Counted from the first letter of the stretch, positions 1 through 11,843 are shown. The stretch: 43,438 nt of DNA from Patescibacteria group bacterium (GCA_004297205.1 SCUL01000002.1:143156-186593), one strand, 5' to 3'. Translations and numbers: made by a program. The notes: generated from the letters alone by a model not told the origin.

Positions 1-73
1 GATTGCCCAAAAGACGAAGAAAGCAATGATCAGTGGCCGTGCGTACACCTGGTGATCTGACTGTCTAGACATA

Positions 74-2620
<2,547 letters not shown>

Positions 2621-2621
2621 G

Positions 2622-3569
2622 TCAATGCGTTATTTCCTTCCAGGCCTCCCAGGCAGGACTCGTCGTTTGCCCGGCGCCGAGCAAACCGGCCGAGCCGAAC
2701 GGACGGGGCGCGGCGGCCTGATCGTAGAGGAACGACCAGACGACAAAGCGCGGATCCGCGCCGCCGACGAGTTCCGGCAGACGCCGCACGTAGTCGGCGG
2801 CCTCCTTGGCATCGCTCTCCCAGCCGCCACCCGCACCCTGGCGGAACCAGCCGGTTTCCGTCACCGCGATGCGCTTGTTGGTGTGCGAACGGACCTGCGA
2901 AAAGTAATCGGCAGGAATGTCGGACGGTTCCTTGAAGGCCAGCGCCGGATAGAACGTGAAGGCAATCAGGTCGGCGTCCGGAAACAGCGCCAACAGCTCC
3001 CACTGCGCTTTGGAGGGATCGTCCTTGCCGCCATAGAGCCCGCCGCGCCGGCCGAGCAGCCACTCGTACTGGAATACCGGGAAGACCTGCGCGTCCGGTG
3101 CCGACTGCTTCACCGCAGCGCGCGTCTCCGTGAACAATTCCGCGAACGACCGCAGCGTCTTGTCGTCGTACTCGCGGTTGATCTCGTTGCCGAGTCCGAT
3201 GAAGTCCGGTTTCCGTTCCTTAGCGAACGCCACAACGGCATCGCGGAATGCCGCGCGCTGGACCGGATTGGCGATCTCAGCCGGCGTCGGCTGGGTGACG
3301 ATGGCGATGGCCAACCCCTGCCGTCGCCCCTCCTGCGCCACCACGTGCGGCGCGCCCGCGGGCTGCGTCAGGTCCTGCCAGCGTCCGCCCCAGGTCAGCA
3401 GGCCGCCCGCTTCTTTGGCTTTGGCAAAGAACGCCGGGAAGTCGGTGGCGGAGAAGCTCGCCGGTGACAGCGACACGCCCCACAGCGTCCCCTGCGGCAA
3501 CGACGAAGCCGGCGCGCATCCGGCGCCGAGCAGAAGCACTGCAAAGATTGTTGTGACGATGCCTTTCAT
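2622..3569 (-). CDS. Lipoprotein with putative clan GH-A glycoside hydrolase (TIM-barrel) domain
   Basis: Start taken at [18 protein letters not shown] (lipobox); GNEIN resembles the acid/base motif and VTETGW the nucleophile motif. Confidence 0.7.
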   Translation of the reverse strand: MKGIVTTIFAVLLLGAGCAPASSLPQGTLWGVSLSPASFSATDFPAFFAKAKEAGGLLTWGGRWQDLTQPAGAPHVVAQEGRRQGLAIAIVTQPTPAEIANPVQRAAFRDAVVAFAKERKPDFIGLGNEINREYDDKTLRSFAELFTETRAAVKQSAPDAQVFPVFQYEWLLGRRGGLYGGKDDPSKAQWELLALFPDADLIAFTFYPALAFKEPSDIPADYFSQVRSHTNKRIAVTETGWFRQGAGGGWESDAKEAADYVRRLPELVGGADPRFVVWSFLYDQAAAPRPFGSAGLLGAGQTTSPAWEAWKEITH

Positions 3570-3576
3570 GCAAATT

Positions 3577-3603
3577 CTGTCATCCTGAGCGGAGCGAAGG
3601 ATC
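3577..3603 (+). repeat. REP-like unit, left inverted repeat of GIY-YIG element
   Basis: ctgtcatcctgagcggagcgaaggatc; inverted match at 3922-3948 and direct copy at 4342-4368. Confidence 0.85.
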
Positions 3604-3894
3604 ATTCCAGCGACCGCTCGGGTTTAAATCGTTCCATTGAGGGTTCACACCATCAATGAGCACGTTCTTACGTTTCCGTGTCCAACCCTTGAGCTGCTTT
3701 TCGCGCTCGACGGCCGATCGAATGTCGTTTGTTTCCTCGAAATGGATGAGTTTCGATAGATTGTACTTCGCCGTGAAGCCGGGCACGAGCTTCTGACGAT
3801 GCTCCTCGATTCGACGTGTCAGATCATTCGTAACGCCGATGTACAGCACCGAGTTCAAATCGTTCGTCAGGATGTAGACCCAGTATGTGCTCAT
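3580..3894 (-). CDS. Small GIY-YIG endonuclease
   Basis: YWVYIL...LYIGVTNDLTRRIEEH...A..REKQLKGWTRKRK; start taken at MSTYW; last codons (DPSLRSG*) are encoded by the repeat. Confidence 0.9.
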   Translation of the reverse strand: MSTYWVYILTNDLNSVLYIGVTNDLTRRIEEHRQKLVPGFTAKYNLSKLIHFEETNDIRSAVEREKQLKGWTRKRKNVLIDGVNPQWNDLNPSGRWNDPSLRSG

Positions 3895-3921
3895 GTCAAG
3901 ACCCGTGAACGGGGCTAGCAG

Positions 3922-3948
3922 GATTCTTCGCTTCACTCAGAATGACAG
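3922..3948 (-). repeat. REP-like unit, right inverted repeat of GIY-YIG element
   Basis: gattcttcgcttcactcagaatgacag; reverse complement ctgtcattctgagtgaagcgaagaatc closely matches 3577-3603. Confidence 0.85.
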
Positions 3949-4326
3949 TTACTCAATCTCGGGAGAAAAGTCTACTTGATGCTCGGGGATTCCGAGCGAC
4001 ATTCCGTACGCTTTCACCAGGTCGTACTCTTCCGGTTTCGATCGATTGATTCTGAATATCCTCCCCGGAAAGATGATGACGTGCGTCGTCGGATTCTTGA
4101 AGTCCGCGTACCAGCTCGATGGATCCGAAATGAGCGACGTAGACAGCTTCTGCACGACTTTTTCCGCCTTATCTTCTGCAATCTCAACCGTATGCAGGGT
4201 CCACTGTTTCAGCCAGGGTGTCTGGTGCGAATCCGTAACCTGTTCGATGTTCGTTTCCAAAATATCGACGTCATTCAAGACTGAAGGTTCGCGCAGACTT
4301 TCCTCGATGATAATTCCCTTGTACAT
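3949..4326 (-). CDS. Hypothetical protein (125 aa)
   Basis: Protein-like composition (WTLHTVE, WYADFKN, HVIIFPGRIF); fills the gap between repeats in the uvrB-uvrA strand direction. Confidence 0.75.
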   Translation of the reverse strand: MYKGIIIEESLREPSVLNDVDILETNIEQVTDSHQTPWLKQWTLHTVEIAEDKAEKVVQKLSTSLISDPSSWYADFKNPTTHVIIFPGRIFRINRSKPEEYDLVKAYGMSLGIPEHQVDFSPEIE

Positions 4327-4338
4327 AAACGTTGATCA

Positions 4339-4439
4339 TTACTGTCATCCTGAGCGGAGCGAAGGATCCTACCTGTTCTTGTCTGAGCTCCGACAAGAGC
4401 TGGCAGGATTCTTCGGTTGCCACCTCAGAATGACAGTAA
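4339..4439. repeat. REP doublet / MITE-like empty element
   Basis: ttactgtcatcctgagcggagcgaaggatcct ... aggattcttcggttgccacctcagaatgacagtaa in inverted orientation, enclosing the hairpin tcttgtc-N8-gacaaga. Confidence 0.85.
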
Positions 4440-4443
4440 CTAA

Positions 4444-6471
4444 TCATAATTTCTTCTTGTTCTTGTCCGGCACGGTCAGCTTCTTGCGCAGCGCCTTCAC
4501 TTCGTCGCGCAACACCGCGGCCAATTCGAACTGTAGCTCCTTGGCCGCCTCGCGCATCTGTTTTTCCTTTTCCTTGATGAGCTCCTCCGGTGACTTGGAC
4601 GAGGCCTGCGCTTCGAGCGCCAACGCCTTGGCGGCCAGGTCTTCTTCCTTCTTGCGGACAAAACCTTCCGTGATGTCCTTGATGCGCTTTTTGACGGTGT
4701 GCGGCGTGATGCCGTGTTCCTCGTTGTAGGCCGTCTGCAAAGCGCGGCGGCGGGTGATTTCATCGAGCGCGCGGCGCATCGAGCCGGTCACTTCGTCCGC
4801 ATACATCAGCACCACCCCGCTGACGTTGCGGGCGGCGCGTCCCGCGGTTTGCATGAGCGACGTTTCCGAACGCAGGAAGCCTTCCTTGTCGGCGTCGAGG
4901 ATGGCGACGAGCGTCACTTCCGGCAGGTCGAGCCCTTCGCGCAGCAGGTTCACGCCCACCAGCACGTCGAAGGTCCCCTTCCGGAAGTCGGTCAGAAGCG
5001 CAATGCGCTGCAAGGTGTCGACGTCACTGTGCAAGTACTTGGCTTTGACTTTCTCGCGTTCCGTGAGGTATTCGGTCAGGTCCTCCGCCATCTTCTTGGT
5101 CAGCGTCGTCACCATGACGCGCTCCTGTTTGTCGACGCGGGTGCGGATCTCGCCAATCAGGTCTTCGACCTGGCTCTTGGTCTTTCCCTTCACGCCCGTC
5201 ACCGGACGCACGTCGACCGCCGGATCGATCAAACCGGTCGGACGGATGATCTGCTCCACGATCTGCTCCGAGACTTTGCGTTCGTAGACGCCCGGCGTGG
5301 CCGACATGAAAATCACCTGTCCGACGCGCTGTTCGAATTCATCCGCCTTGAGCGGCCGGTTGTCGGCGGCCAGCGGCAGGCGGAAGCCGTACTCGATCAG
5401 GGTGCGCTTGCGGCTGGCATCGCCCTCGTACATGCCGCCGATCTGGGAGACCGTGACGTGCGATTCGTCGATGACCGTCAGGAAATCTTTCGGGAAGTAG
5501 GACAAGAGCGTGTCCGGCGGCTGGCCCGGCGCGCGTCCGTCAAAGGCGCGGCTGTAATTTTCGATGCCGTGGCAGAAACCGATGTTCTCGATCATCTCCA
5601 AATCGAACTTGGTGCGGCGTTCCAGCCGCTCGGCCTCGAGCAGTTTGCCTTCCTTCTCGAATTTCTTGAGCTGGCTGTCCAACTCGGTGCGGATCTCCTT
5701 GATGGCACGCTGCCGCTCCGGGCCGGTCGTCATGTAGTGCTTGGCCGGGAAGATCCAGACGTCCTCGATGCTGTCCTTGGTCTTGCGCGTCACCGGATCG
5801 ATCATCAAAATCTCCGTGACCTGGCCGGAGCGCGACATGATGCGGTAGACGATCTCTTCATTGGCGGGCATGACGTCGATCGTCTCCCCGACCGCGCGGA
5901 AGCTGCCGCGGACGAGGTCGGCCGTGGTGCGCGTGAATTGCATCTCGATCAGCCGGCGCAGCACGTCGCTGCGTCCGGCCTTGCCGCCGCGCACGATGTG
6001 CAGCGTGCTCCCCTCATAGTTCTGCGGACTGCCGAGACCGTAAATGCAGGAGACCGAGGCCACGATGATGACGTCGCGGCGCGTGAGAATCGCCTGCGTC
6101 GCGGCATGGCGCAGCCGGTCGATCTCTTCGTTGATCATGGCTTCCTTCTCGATGTAGGTGTCGGTGCGCGGCAAATACGCTTCCGGCTGGTAGTAGTCGT
6201 AGTACGACACGAAGTATTCCACGGCGTTCTTGGGGAAGAACTCGCGGAACTCGTTGCAGAGTTGCGCGGCCAGCGTTTTGTTGTGGGCGATCACCAAGGT
6301 CGGCCGCTTTACCTGGGCGATGACGTTGGCCATGGTGAAGGTTTTGCCGGAGCCGGTGACGCCCAAAAGCGTCTGGTAGCGGTGGCCCTTTTGGATGCTC
6401 TCAACCAACCCGGCAATGGCTTTGGGCTGGTCTCCTGCGGGTTTGTACTCGGTGGAAATCTTGAAATCCAT
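4444..6471 (-). CDS. uvrB: Excinuclease ABC subunit B
   Basis: [17 protein letters not shown], beta-hairpin [38 protein letters not shown]-terminal UVR coiled coil; start taken at MDFKIS. Confidence 0.97.
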   Translation of the reverse strand: MDFKISTEYKPAGDQPKAIAGLVESIQKGHRYQTLLGVTGSGKTFTMANVIAQVKRPTLVIAHNKTLAAQLCNEFREFFPKNAVEYFVSYYDYYQPEAYLPRTDTYIEKEAMINEEIDRLRHAATQAILTRRDVIIVASVSCIYGLGSPQNYEGSTLHIVRGGKAGRSDVLRRLIEMQFTRTTADLVRGSFRAVGETIDVMPANEEIVYRIMSRSGQVTEILMIDPVTRKTKDSIEDVWIFPAKHYMTTGPERQRAIKEIRTELDSQLKKFEKEGKLLEAERLERRTKFDLEMIENIGFCHGIENYSRAFDGRAPGQPPDTLLSYFPKDFLTVIDESHVTVSQIGGMYEGDASRKRTLIEYGFRLPLAADNRPLKADEFEQRVGQVIFMSATPGVYERKVSEQIVEQIIRPTGLIDPAVDVRPVTGVKGKTKSQVEDLIGEIRTRVDKQERVMVTTLTKKMAEDLTEYLTEREKVKAKYLHSDVDTLQRIALLTDFRKGTFDVLVGVNLLREGLDLPEVTLVAILDADKEGFLRSETSLMQTAGRAARNVSGVVLMYADEVTGSMRRALDEITRRRALQTAYNEEHGITPHTVKKRIKDITEGFVRKKEEDLAAKALALEAQASSKSPEELIKEKEKQMREAAKELQFELAAVLRDEVKALRKKLTVPDKNKKKL

Positions 6472-6543
6472 ACCAAAAATCAGCCCGCGCGGGCGTCCTC
6501 CCTGGCCCACTGGGGATTTCTCCTACCCTAGCACAGCCCCTGA

Positions 6544-6576
6544 ATAAAAAGAACGGACAGCGCGATCAGCTGTCCG
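6544..6576 (-). terminator. Intrinsic terminator
   Basis: Stem cggacag/ctgtccg overlapping the stop codon, followed on the minus strand by ttctttttatt. Confidence 0.65.
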
Positions 6577-7012
6577 CGGGCGGGGGCGGATCGGTATCCG
6601 ATTCCCGCTCGACCGTCGTGACCTCGCCGTCCTCGACCTCCATGACGTCGTTCTCGTCGGCCAGCGGCTCGTCGTCGAGGCCGTCGTCCTCCTCGGGCGC
6701 CGATTCGTAGATCAGCTCGGGGCCCATCGAGACGCGCGCCGGACGCTCCGAAGCGCGGGTCAAACGGGTGACGATCTCCTGCATCCGTTCGGCGGTGAGC
6801 TCGCCGCGCCCGTTGGCGCGGGCCAGCCGGATGACCAGCTCGACCTTGATGAGGTCACCGTCCTCGTCCGTGGCCGGCAGATCCGGCAGCGGATCGTTGA
6901 ATCCGGCGCAGATCTCCCGGGCCGTCGCGTCGCTCAGCCGTTCGTTCATCCGGGCGCGGGCGATCTTGACGATGAAGTCCTCGAACTGCGTGTCGGCCGT
7001 GGATCCGGCCAT
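6566..7012 (-). CDS. Hypothetical protein with strongly acidic C-terminal tail
   Basis: GGAGG 4 nt before ATG at 7012; own terminator; tail EEDDGLDDEPLADENDVMEVEDGE. Confidence 0.75.
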   Translation of the reverse strand: MAGSTADTQFEDFIVKIARARMNERLSDATAREICAGFNDPLPDLPATDEDGDLIKVELVIRLARANGRGELTAERMQEIVTRLTRASERPARVSMGPELIYESAPEEDDGLDDEPLADENDVMEVEDGEVTTVERESDTDPPPPADS

Positions 7013-7047
7013 GATGCCTCCAGACAGGCGATGGTACGCCTGCTCCC

Positions 7048-7076
7048 TCGGTACCGCAAAAAGAGCCACGCGTCAA
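7048..7076 (-). promoter_or_regulatory. Candidate sigma70 promoter TTGACG-N17-TACCGA
   Basis: Exact 17-nt spacing, lying between the upstream terminator and the SD of the 7012 gene; the -10 match is weak. Confidence 0.4.
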
Positions 7077-7084
7077 GAGTTGGG

Positions 7085-7126
7085 ATAAAAAAGAGACCGC
7101 CTCTGTCCCGAGGGACGTCAGCGGTC
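7085..7126 (-). terminator. Intrinsic terminator
   Basis: Stem gaccgc/gcggtc with inner gtccc/gggac, then tctctttttta on the minus strand. Confidence 0.65.
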
Positions 7127-8488
7127 GAACTTCACCTCCCGCACGGGAAGCGGCTCGTCACCGGTACCGCGCTCGTGGGCGCGCACGAAGGTCTCGTGCT
7201 CGCCGAGAGCGATGCCGTGCTCCGCAGCGAGAGCAACCGCCCTTAGAGACGGATGATAGCTCTTTGGCAGCTGACGGACGAACCAGGTCACGCCGTGCCG
7301 CCGCACCGTGCGGAGCGGCTGCTCGATCGAACCAGCGTCGCTCGGAGGACGCTGGATCCGAGGCATCACGGTCGCCGCCAGACGCGCCGTGATTGCTTCG
7401 GGGATGCCCCCGCCGGCGGCCAGCTCCCGCTCAAGAGCGTCTACGGGCGGCAGAGCATCCGCAACGGACACCGGCACCACCAGGTCGTGCACGCGGGTGA
7501 GCAACAGCAGTCGCCAAAGAGGGTAGGCCTTATGGAGACCGTTCGCCTCACAGACCTCGCGGACTCCCACCTGGGAGAACCCCATGGAGAGATGGCCATC
7601 GAGACCCAGGTTCCACAGCGACCATGTCACGACGTCCTCTCCCCACGACCATACACGATCCGCGCAAACAGGCTGGCCGTGAAGCTCGAGCGAGTTCGCC
7701 GCGCGCGGCCGTGCATTTCGAGCCCGACGCATGTCGCAGGAGAAGATGAGACAGCAGGTTCGCTCGCCGAAGCGATCGTTCACCCACTCGTTCCCTCCGT
7801 CGTCCTGTTCCGCGAATGCGATGACGTCGTTGGGGGGCACGAGAAGGTCAGAGTGAGAGTAGCACGCCTTCACGCCGGTGCGGCGCTCCAGACGAATCTT
7901 CTCCCACATGGCGTCCCCCCACTGGTTCAGCTCGTCCATGTCCAGACGTTCGGCACGCGCCTCGACGACCTGTGCGAGCCTGATGGTCTCGAGCAGCCGA
8001 GACGGGATGCGGATCACCCCGTCAAGGAACCTCATGTCGACGCCGTCCAAACCTGCATTGAAGTGCGCGCCCAGCCCGGCATCTGTGGTGAGCATCACCT
8101 CACGGATGTTGAGATCCGGACCCGCAGGCAGACCAAGATCTCCGAACTGTCCGCGGAGAAAGCCCTCCAGCGCATCTGCGCGGAAGCGCATCATCGCGCG
8201 CGTCTCGACCTGCTCCATCAGGCGATCGACGTGATGATACTCCGGCTTGTACGGCGCCTGGAGATCAGCGAAGTCTCCGAACTTGCGCTGAACCCCCAAG
8301 TAGAGCTTCCACATCAGCGCAGCGGTCGCACGGGGTTCAGAGCGGACCACGAGCGGAAGAAGCGCGTTCGTGAGCTGGCGCTCGGCCACACTATCGTACT
8401 TTCCCTTGACCGAACGGTGGATCCTGGTGACCAGCGTGCTCGGCAAGGACATGATGAACTTGCTCGCCACGAGTCTTCGCATGGACAT
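7118..8488 (-). CDS. Hypothetical protein (456 aa), no family recognised with confidence
   Basis: Long ORF with GGAGGT 5 nt before ATG, own promoter and terminator; C-terminal motif HGVTWFVRQLP...ETFVRAHERG. Confidence 0.85.
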   Translation of the reverse strand: MSMRRLVASKFIMSLPSTLVTRIHRSVKGKYDSVAERQLTNALLPLVVRSEPRATAALMWKLYLGVQRKFGDFADLQAPYKPEYHHVDRLMEQVETRAMMRFRADALEGFLRGQFGDLGLPAGPDLNIREVMLTTDAGLGAHFNAGLDGVDMRFLDGVIRIPSRLLETIRLAQVVEARAERLDMDELNQWGDAMWEKIRLERRTGVKACYSHSDLLVPPNDVIAFAEQDDGGNEWVNDRFGERTCCLIFSCDMRRARNARPRAANSLELHGQPVCADRVWSWGEDVVTWSLWNLGLDGHLSMGFSQVGVREVCEANGLHKAYPLWRLLLLTRVHDLVVPVSVADALPPVDALERELAAGGGIPEAITARLAATVMPRIQRPPSDAGSIEQPLRTVRRHGVTWFVRQLPKSYHPSLRAVALAAEHGIALGEHETFVRAHERGTGDEPLPVREVKFDR

Positions 8489-8521
8489 TTTCCACCTCCA
8501 ATTTGTGGGTCCACGCGCGTA

Positions 8522-8594
8522 TGCCTAACATTTTTTCAGGTTCCTGTCAACCATCCCGTCAACCGTTGACAGGAAGCCTGTTTTCGGCTTTACT
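8522..8594. promoter_or_regulatory. Divergent promoter pair embedded in an 11-bp perfect inverted repeat
   Basis: ttcctgtcaac (8541-8551) N13 gttgacaggaa (8565-8575); each arm holds TTGACA; N17 gives TAGGCA (minus) and TTTACT (plus). Confidence 0.6.
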
Positions 8595-8642
8595 ACGCCC
8601 TCGTTCATTAACAACCGAGCGGAAGAAAGGATCGGAATCTCG

Positions 8643-11600
8643 ATGAACCAGGTCAAGGGAAAGCGACACATGCTGGCGCTCATCGCCGGCAGCCGTCTCT
8701 CCCCCGAGGAAAAGCGTTCGTTCATCAACGAGCTGCTCGTCTCGGGCGAGGTCACGGAACACGATGTCGCGGAGATCATGGCCGGCGACATCGAGAAGAA
8801 CCTGGACAGCTACGCCGAGGTGATCCGCAGCGACGAGGTCCTGCGGTTCCTGTGGGAACGGTTCCGCGACCGCCCCGCATACCTCGCCCGTGCGCTCGTC
8901 CAGGCGCGTCCGGAGATCTTCTACTGCTACGGCTTCGCCTTCCGCCTGTCGCTCAAGCTGCGGGCGGATCTCGGCATCGTTTGGGTGCCGCCGCGGCACC
9001 CGGGCGCAGGCGGGGGTGGAAGCGCACCCGATGCGCCCCTCGCCGGCCTGCCGCAGGCCGTGGAGCAAAATATCTTCGGTCTCGAAGTGGAGTGCCGCTT
9101 CCGCGAACACCTTTACTTCTTCAACCGGAGCTTCGACGAAGGGCTCTCGCTCCTCGACGAGGAAATCTCCCGCGCGCAGACCGGCCACGAGCGGCGCGTC
9201 CTGCGTGCCGCGCGGAAGCTGGCGGCGGATCTGATCAAGATGCCGCTGCCGGGGGTACGGACCGAGTTCAACGGTTCGCCGTTCCCCGGGCTCCACGTGC
9301 GCTGGTGGCTCGACGCCGCCCGCACGCGGCCGCGGCTGCTCAACATGGGCGACACCGGAAGCTACAAGACGTCCTTCGCGGCCATCGCGATGCGCGTCTT
9401 CGGCTGCAAGCGGACGCTCGTGCTGTGCGCCCCCCACGCGCGCGAGAACTGGCAGCGCGAGCTGCTGGGGTACTTCACGGCCGAGGACGAGCCGTCGGTG
9501 CGCGTCGTCGAGAACCGCAAGGATCTCGACCTCGACACCGGCGAAGAGTTCACGATCGTCGGCTACTCCGCGCTGGTCCACGAGGAGACCGTCACCTCGC
9601 TCTGTGCGGGCGGCTACGACGGACTCATCCAGGACGAGTGCCAGTACGGGAAGAGCATCGGCACCGGAGCGGCCAAGAGGGCCCTGGCGACGCTGCGGCT
9701 CACCCGGGAGCTGCCGCTGAAGCGCTTCACCGCGCTCTCGGCGACGCCCTGGGAAAACCGCCCGGAGGAGATCGCCGCGCTGGCCGTGGCGCTCCGTCCG
9801 GAGCTGTTCTCGACGCCGGAGAGCTTCCTGGCCAGCGGCGCGGCAAAGAACCCGCGTTTGCTGCGCGAGCTCTTCAGCGAGCAGATCCTGGAGATCGAGC
9901 TGCGCGAGGTCACCGACCTCCCGCCGATCACTCCAAGGCCCTGGGAAGACCTGTTCGGCGCCGTGCCGGTGCAGCCCTTCCCGCGCCACCGGGCCATCTA
10001 CGCCCGCGTCCATGACGACGAGAGCGAAAAGCTGCGTCCCGCCGAGAAGGCGCTGCGCCTTCTCCTGGCAGCGACGCATCCGCCGCTCCTCGCCGGACGG
10101 GTCACCTGGCCCACCCACGCGATGGAGCCGCTCAAGGACTGGCGGGTGTCCACCAAGCTGGACTGGCTGAAGCGCTTCATCACGGAGCGCATCGCCACCC
10201 AGAAGATCGTCATCGGCTCGGGGCTGTATGCCGAAGGCATCACCCGCATGAGCAGCGAGGACGATGAGACGCCGTGGGTCGCGCAGCAGCTCAGGACCTG
10301 GTTCGGCAAGGACCAGGTGCTGGTGCTCGACGGGACGGTCGGTCTGCACGGTAGTGCCGGCGAGGCGAGCCCCCGCGAGTTACTGATCCGGCGCTGGCGG
10401 ACGGATCCGGACGCCCGGATCCTCCTCGTCTCTATGCAGGCCTGTCCGGACTCGGTGAACCTCACCGTCGGGCGCCTGCCCGGCGTGGAGCGGCTCGCCA
10501 TCACCGCGCTGTCCTTCGGATGGAAGCCGTGGAAACAGTTCCTCGGCCGCTTCTGGAGGCAGGGGCAGGGCGTTCCGGTCGAGTACCGCGTGCCGGTGCT
10601 GGTCGGAACGATCGACGACGATCTGCTGCGGCTGAACCGCGCGAAGTGGCATGCCCAGCAGCTCTTCCGAGCGCTGGTGCCGGTCACGGACCGCGAGCTC
10701 GCCTACCTGCGGATCGACGCCGGCGACGCCATGCGGGAACTCCTGCGTGACGCCTTCGAGCACGTCAACATGATCGCCGCGATGCTCCGCGGTCGGGGCG
10801 AGGACGGATGCGACCGGGTCTACGGCGGTGCCTACGGCGCCACCTCGAGAGCCGAAGCGTTCGCCCGTCACTTCGTGGAGATCGAGGACTTCGCGACGTC
10901 CGGCCACGTCGCGCGGTTCCAGAAGACCGTGATTGACCGCATGACTGCAGTCGGCATGGTCGATCCGGACCGGATCCTCGACGGCGGCTGCGGTCCGCTG
11001 ACGCTCGAGCGCCGGCTGAACGCGCCGGTGCACGGGATCGACATGAACCCCCACATGATCGAACTCGGGAAGGCCTTGTCCCCGCATCAGGGGAAGAACG
11101 CCTCCGTCGGACGGCTCTCCGCGATGCCTAAGATGTGGAAGCATGCCTTCCACCTCGTGTGCGCGTCGCTCGTCCTCGACTTCTCCAGCATCGACGCTGG
11201 CGGGGCGGACGGTCCGGAGCGGCTGCGGATCCTGCGCGAACTCGTCCGCGTCGCCCATCCTCACGGGATGATCTGGCTGACCTGGAACGAGAGCACGCAC
11301 ACCGACCAGACGCTCGCCGCCTGGAGCGACGCGATTGCCCGCACGGGTATGTCGCTCGTCCCCGGGCTGTGCGGACTGGTGCGCGCCACCGACCATCGCG
11401 AACAGCCGTTCGCCTTCTGGTCGCTGGCGTTCTCACCGAACGGCCTCGAGCCGCGTTTCCCGCGCGTGGACGATTTCCGGTTCGCCTTCGAACTGGAGCG
11501 CGTCCGCAGGAAGCGCGGCGGAAACGGAAACGGAGGGACGCCGCCCAAGAAGCGGCGAATCCAGCACGAGCGCTTCGAGGTCCTCACCGCCGACGGCGCG

Positions 11601-11774
11601 GTGACGGATGCCGAAGCCTCGCGGCAGTCCATCCTGCGGGAGGTCAGCAGGTGGGCGGCGCAGGGCGTGCGCGACCGCCGTCTCGGCCGGGACGCCTCGA
11701 TACTCCTCGAGGAACTCGGCAGCGACTGGCGCGTCTTGCGCCGGCTCCACGAGCTTGGCATCATCCAGGTCTGA
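8643..11774 (+). CDS. SNF2-family SF2 ATPase/helicase fused to a C-terminal class I SAM-dependent methyltransferase
   Basis: Motif I GDTGSYKT, Ia LVLCAPHARENW, II DECQ, III SATPWEN, IV KLDWL...KIVIGS, VLDGT, V LVSMQACPDSVNL, VI WKP..QFLGRFWRQGQ...GTIDD; MTase ILDGGCG, GIDMN, FHLVCASLVLDF, LRELVRVAHPHG. Confidence 0.85.
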   Translation: MNQVKGKRHMLALIAGSRLSPEEKRSFINELLVSGEVTEHDVAEIMAGDIEKNLDSYAEVIRSDEVLRFLWERFRDRPAYLARALVQARPEIFYCYGFAFRLSLKLRADLGIVWVPPRHPGAGGGGSAPDAPLAGLPQAVEQNIFGLEVECRFREHLYFFNRSFDEGLSLLDEEISRAQTGHERRVLRAARKLAADLIKMPLPGVRTEFNGSPFPGLHVRWWLDAARTRPRLLNMGDTGSYKTSFAAIAMRVFGCKRTLVLCAPHARENWQRELLGYFTAEDEPSVRVVENRKDLDLDTGEEFTIVGYSALVHEETVTSLCAGGYDGLIQDECQYGKSIGTGAAKRALATLRLTRELPLKRFTALSATPWENRPEEIAALAVALRPELFSTPESFLASGAAKNPRLLRELFSEQILEIELREVTDLPPITPRPWEDLFGAVPVQPFPRHRAIYARVHDDESEKLRPAEKALRLLLAATHPPLLAGRVTWPTHAMEPLKDWRVSTKLDWLKRFITERIATQKIVIGSGLYAEGITRMSSEDDETPWVAQQLRTWFGKDQVLVLDGTVGLHGSAGEASPRELLIRRWRTDPDARILLVSMQACPDSVNLTVGRLPGVERLAITALSFGWKPWKQFLGRFWRQGQGVPVEYRVPVLVGTIDDDLLRLNRAKWHAQQLFRALVPVTDRELAYLRIDAGDAMRELLRDAFEHVNMIAAMLRGRGEDGCDRVYGGAYGATSRAEAFARHFVEIEDFATSGHVARFQKTVIDRMTAVGMVDPDRILDGGCGPLTLERRLNAPVHGIDMNPHMIELGKALSPHQGKNASVGRLSAMPKMWKHAFHLVCASLVLDFSSIDAGGADGPERLRILRELVRVAHPHGMIWLTWNESTHTDQTLAAWSDAIARTGMSLVPGLCGLVRATDHREQPFAFWSLAFSPNGLEPRFPRVDDFRFAFELERVRRKRGGNGNGGTPPKKRRIQHERFEVLTADGAVTDAEASRQSILREVSRWAAQGVRDRRLGRDASILLEELGSDWRVLRRLHELGIIQV

Positions 11775-11783
11775 ACGGCCTGG

Positions 11784-11810
11784 GACGGACTTCGGTCCGT
11801 CTCTTTTTTT
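11784..11810 (+). terminator. Intrinsic terminator with C(UUCG)G tetraloop
   Basis: gacggac-ttcg-gtccgtc followed by tcttttttt. Confidence 0.85.
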
Positions 11811-11814
11811 ATCA

Positions 11815-11843
11815 TTGACAGTTCGCTTCAAGTCCGGTAATGA
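11815..11843 (+). promoter_or_regulatory. Candidate promoter TTGACA-N17-TAATGA
   Basis: Perfect -35 directly after the terminator; GGAGGT SD at 11860-11865. Confidence 0.5.

Noticed and set aside
4699-6531. 610-aa plus-strand ORF
   Set aside because: Antisense shadow of uvrB.
8559-10349. 596-aa minus-strand ORF, and 438-aa ORF 7253-8569
   Set aside because: Antisense to genes that have clear motifs, SD sites and terminators; composition typical of shadow frames.
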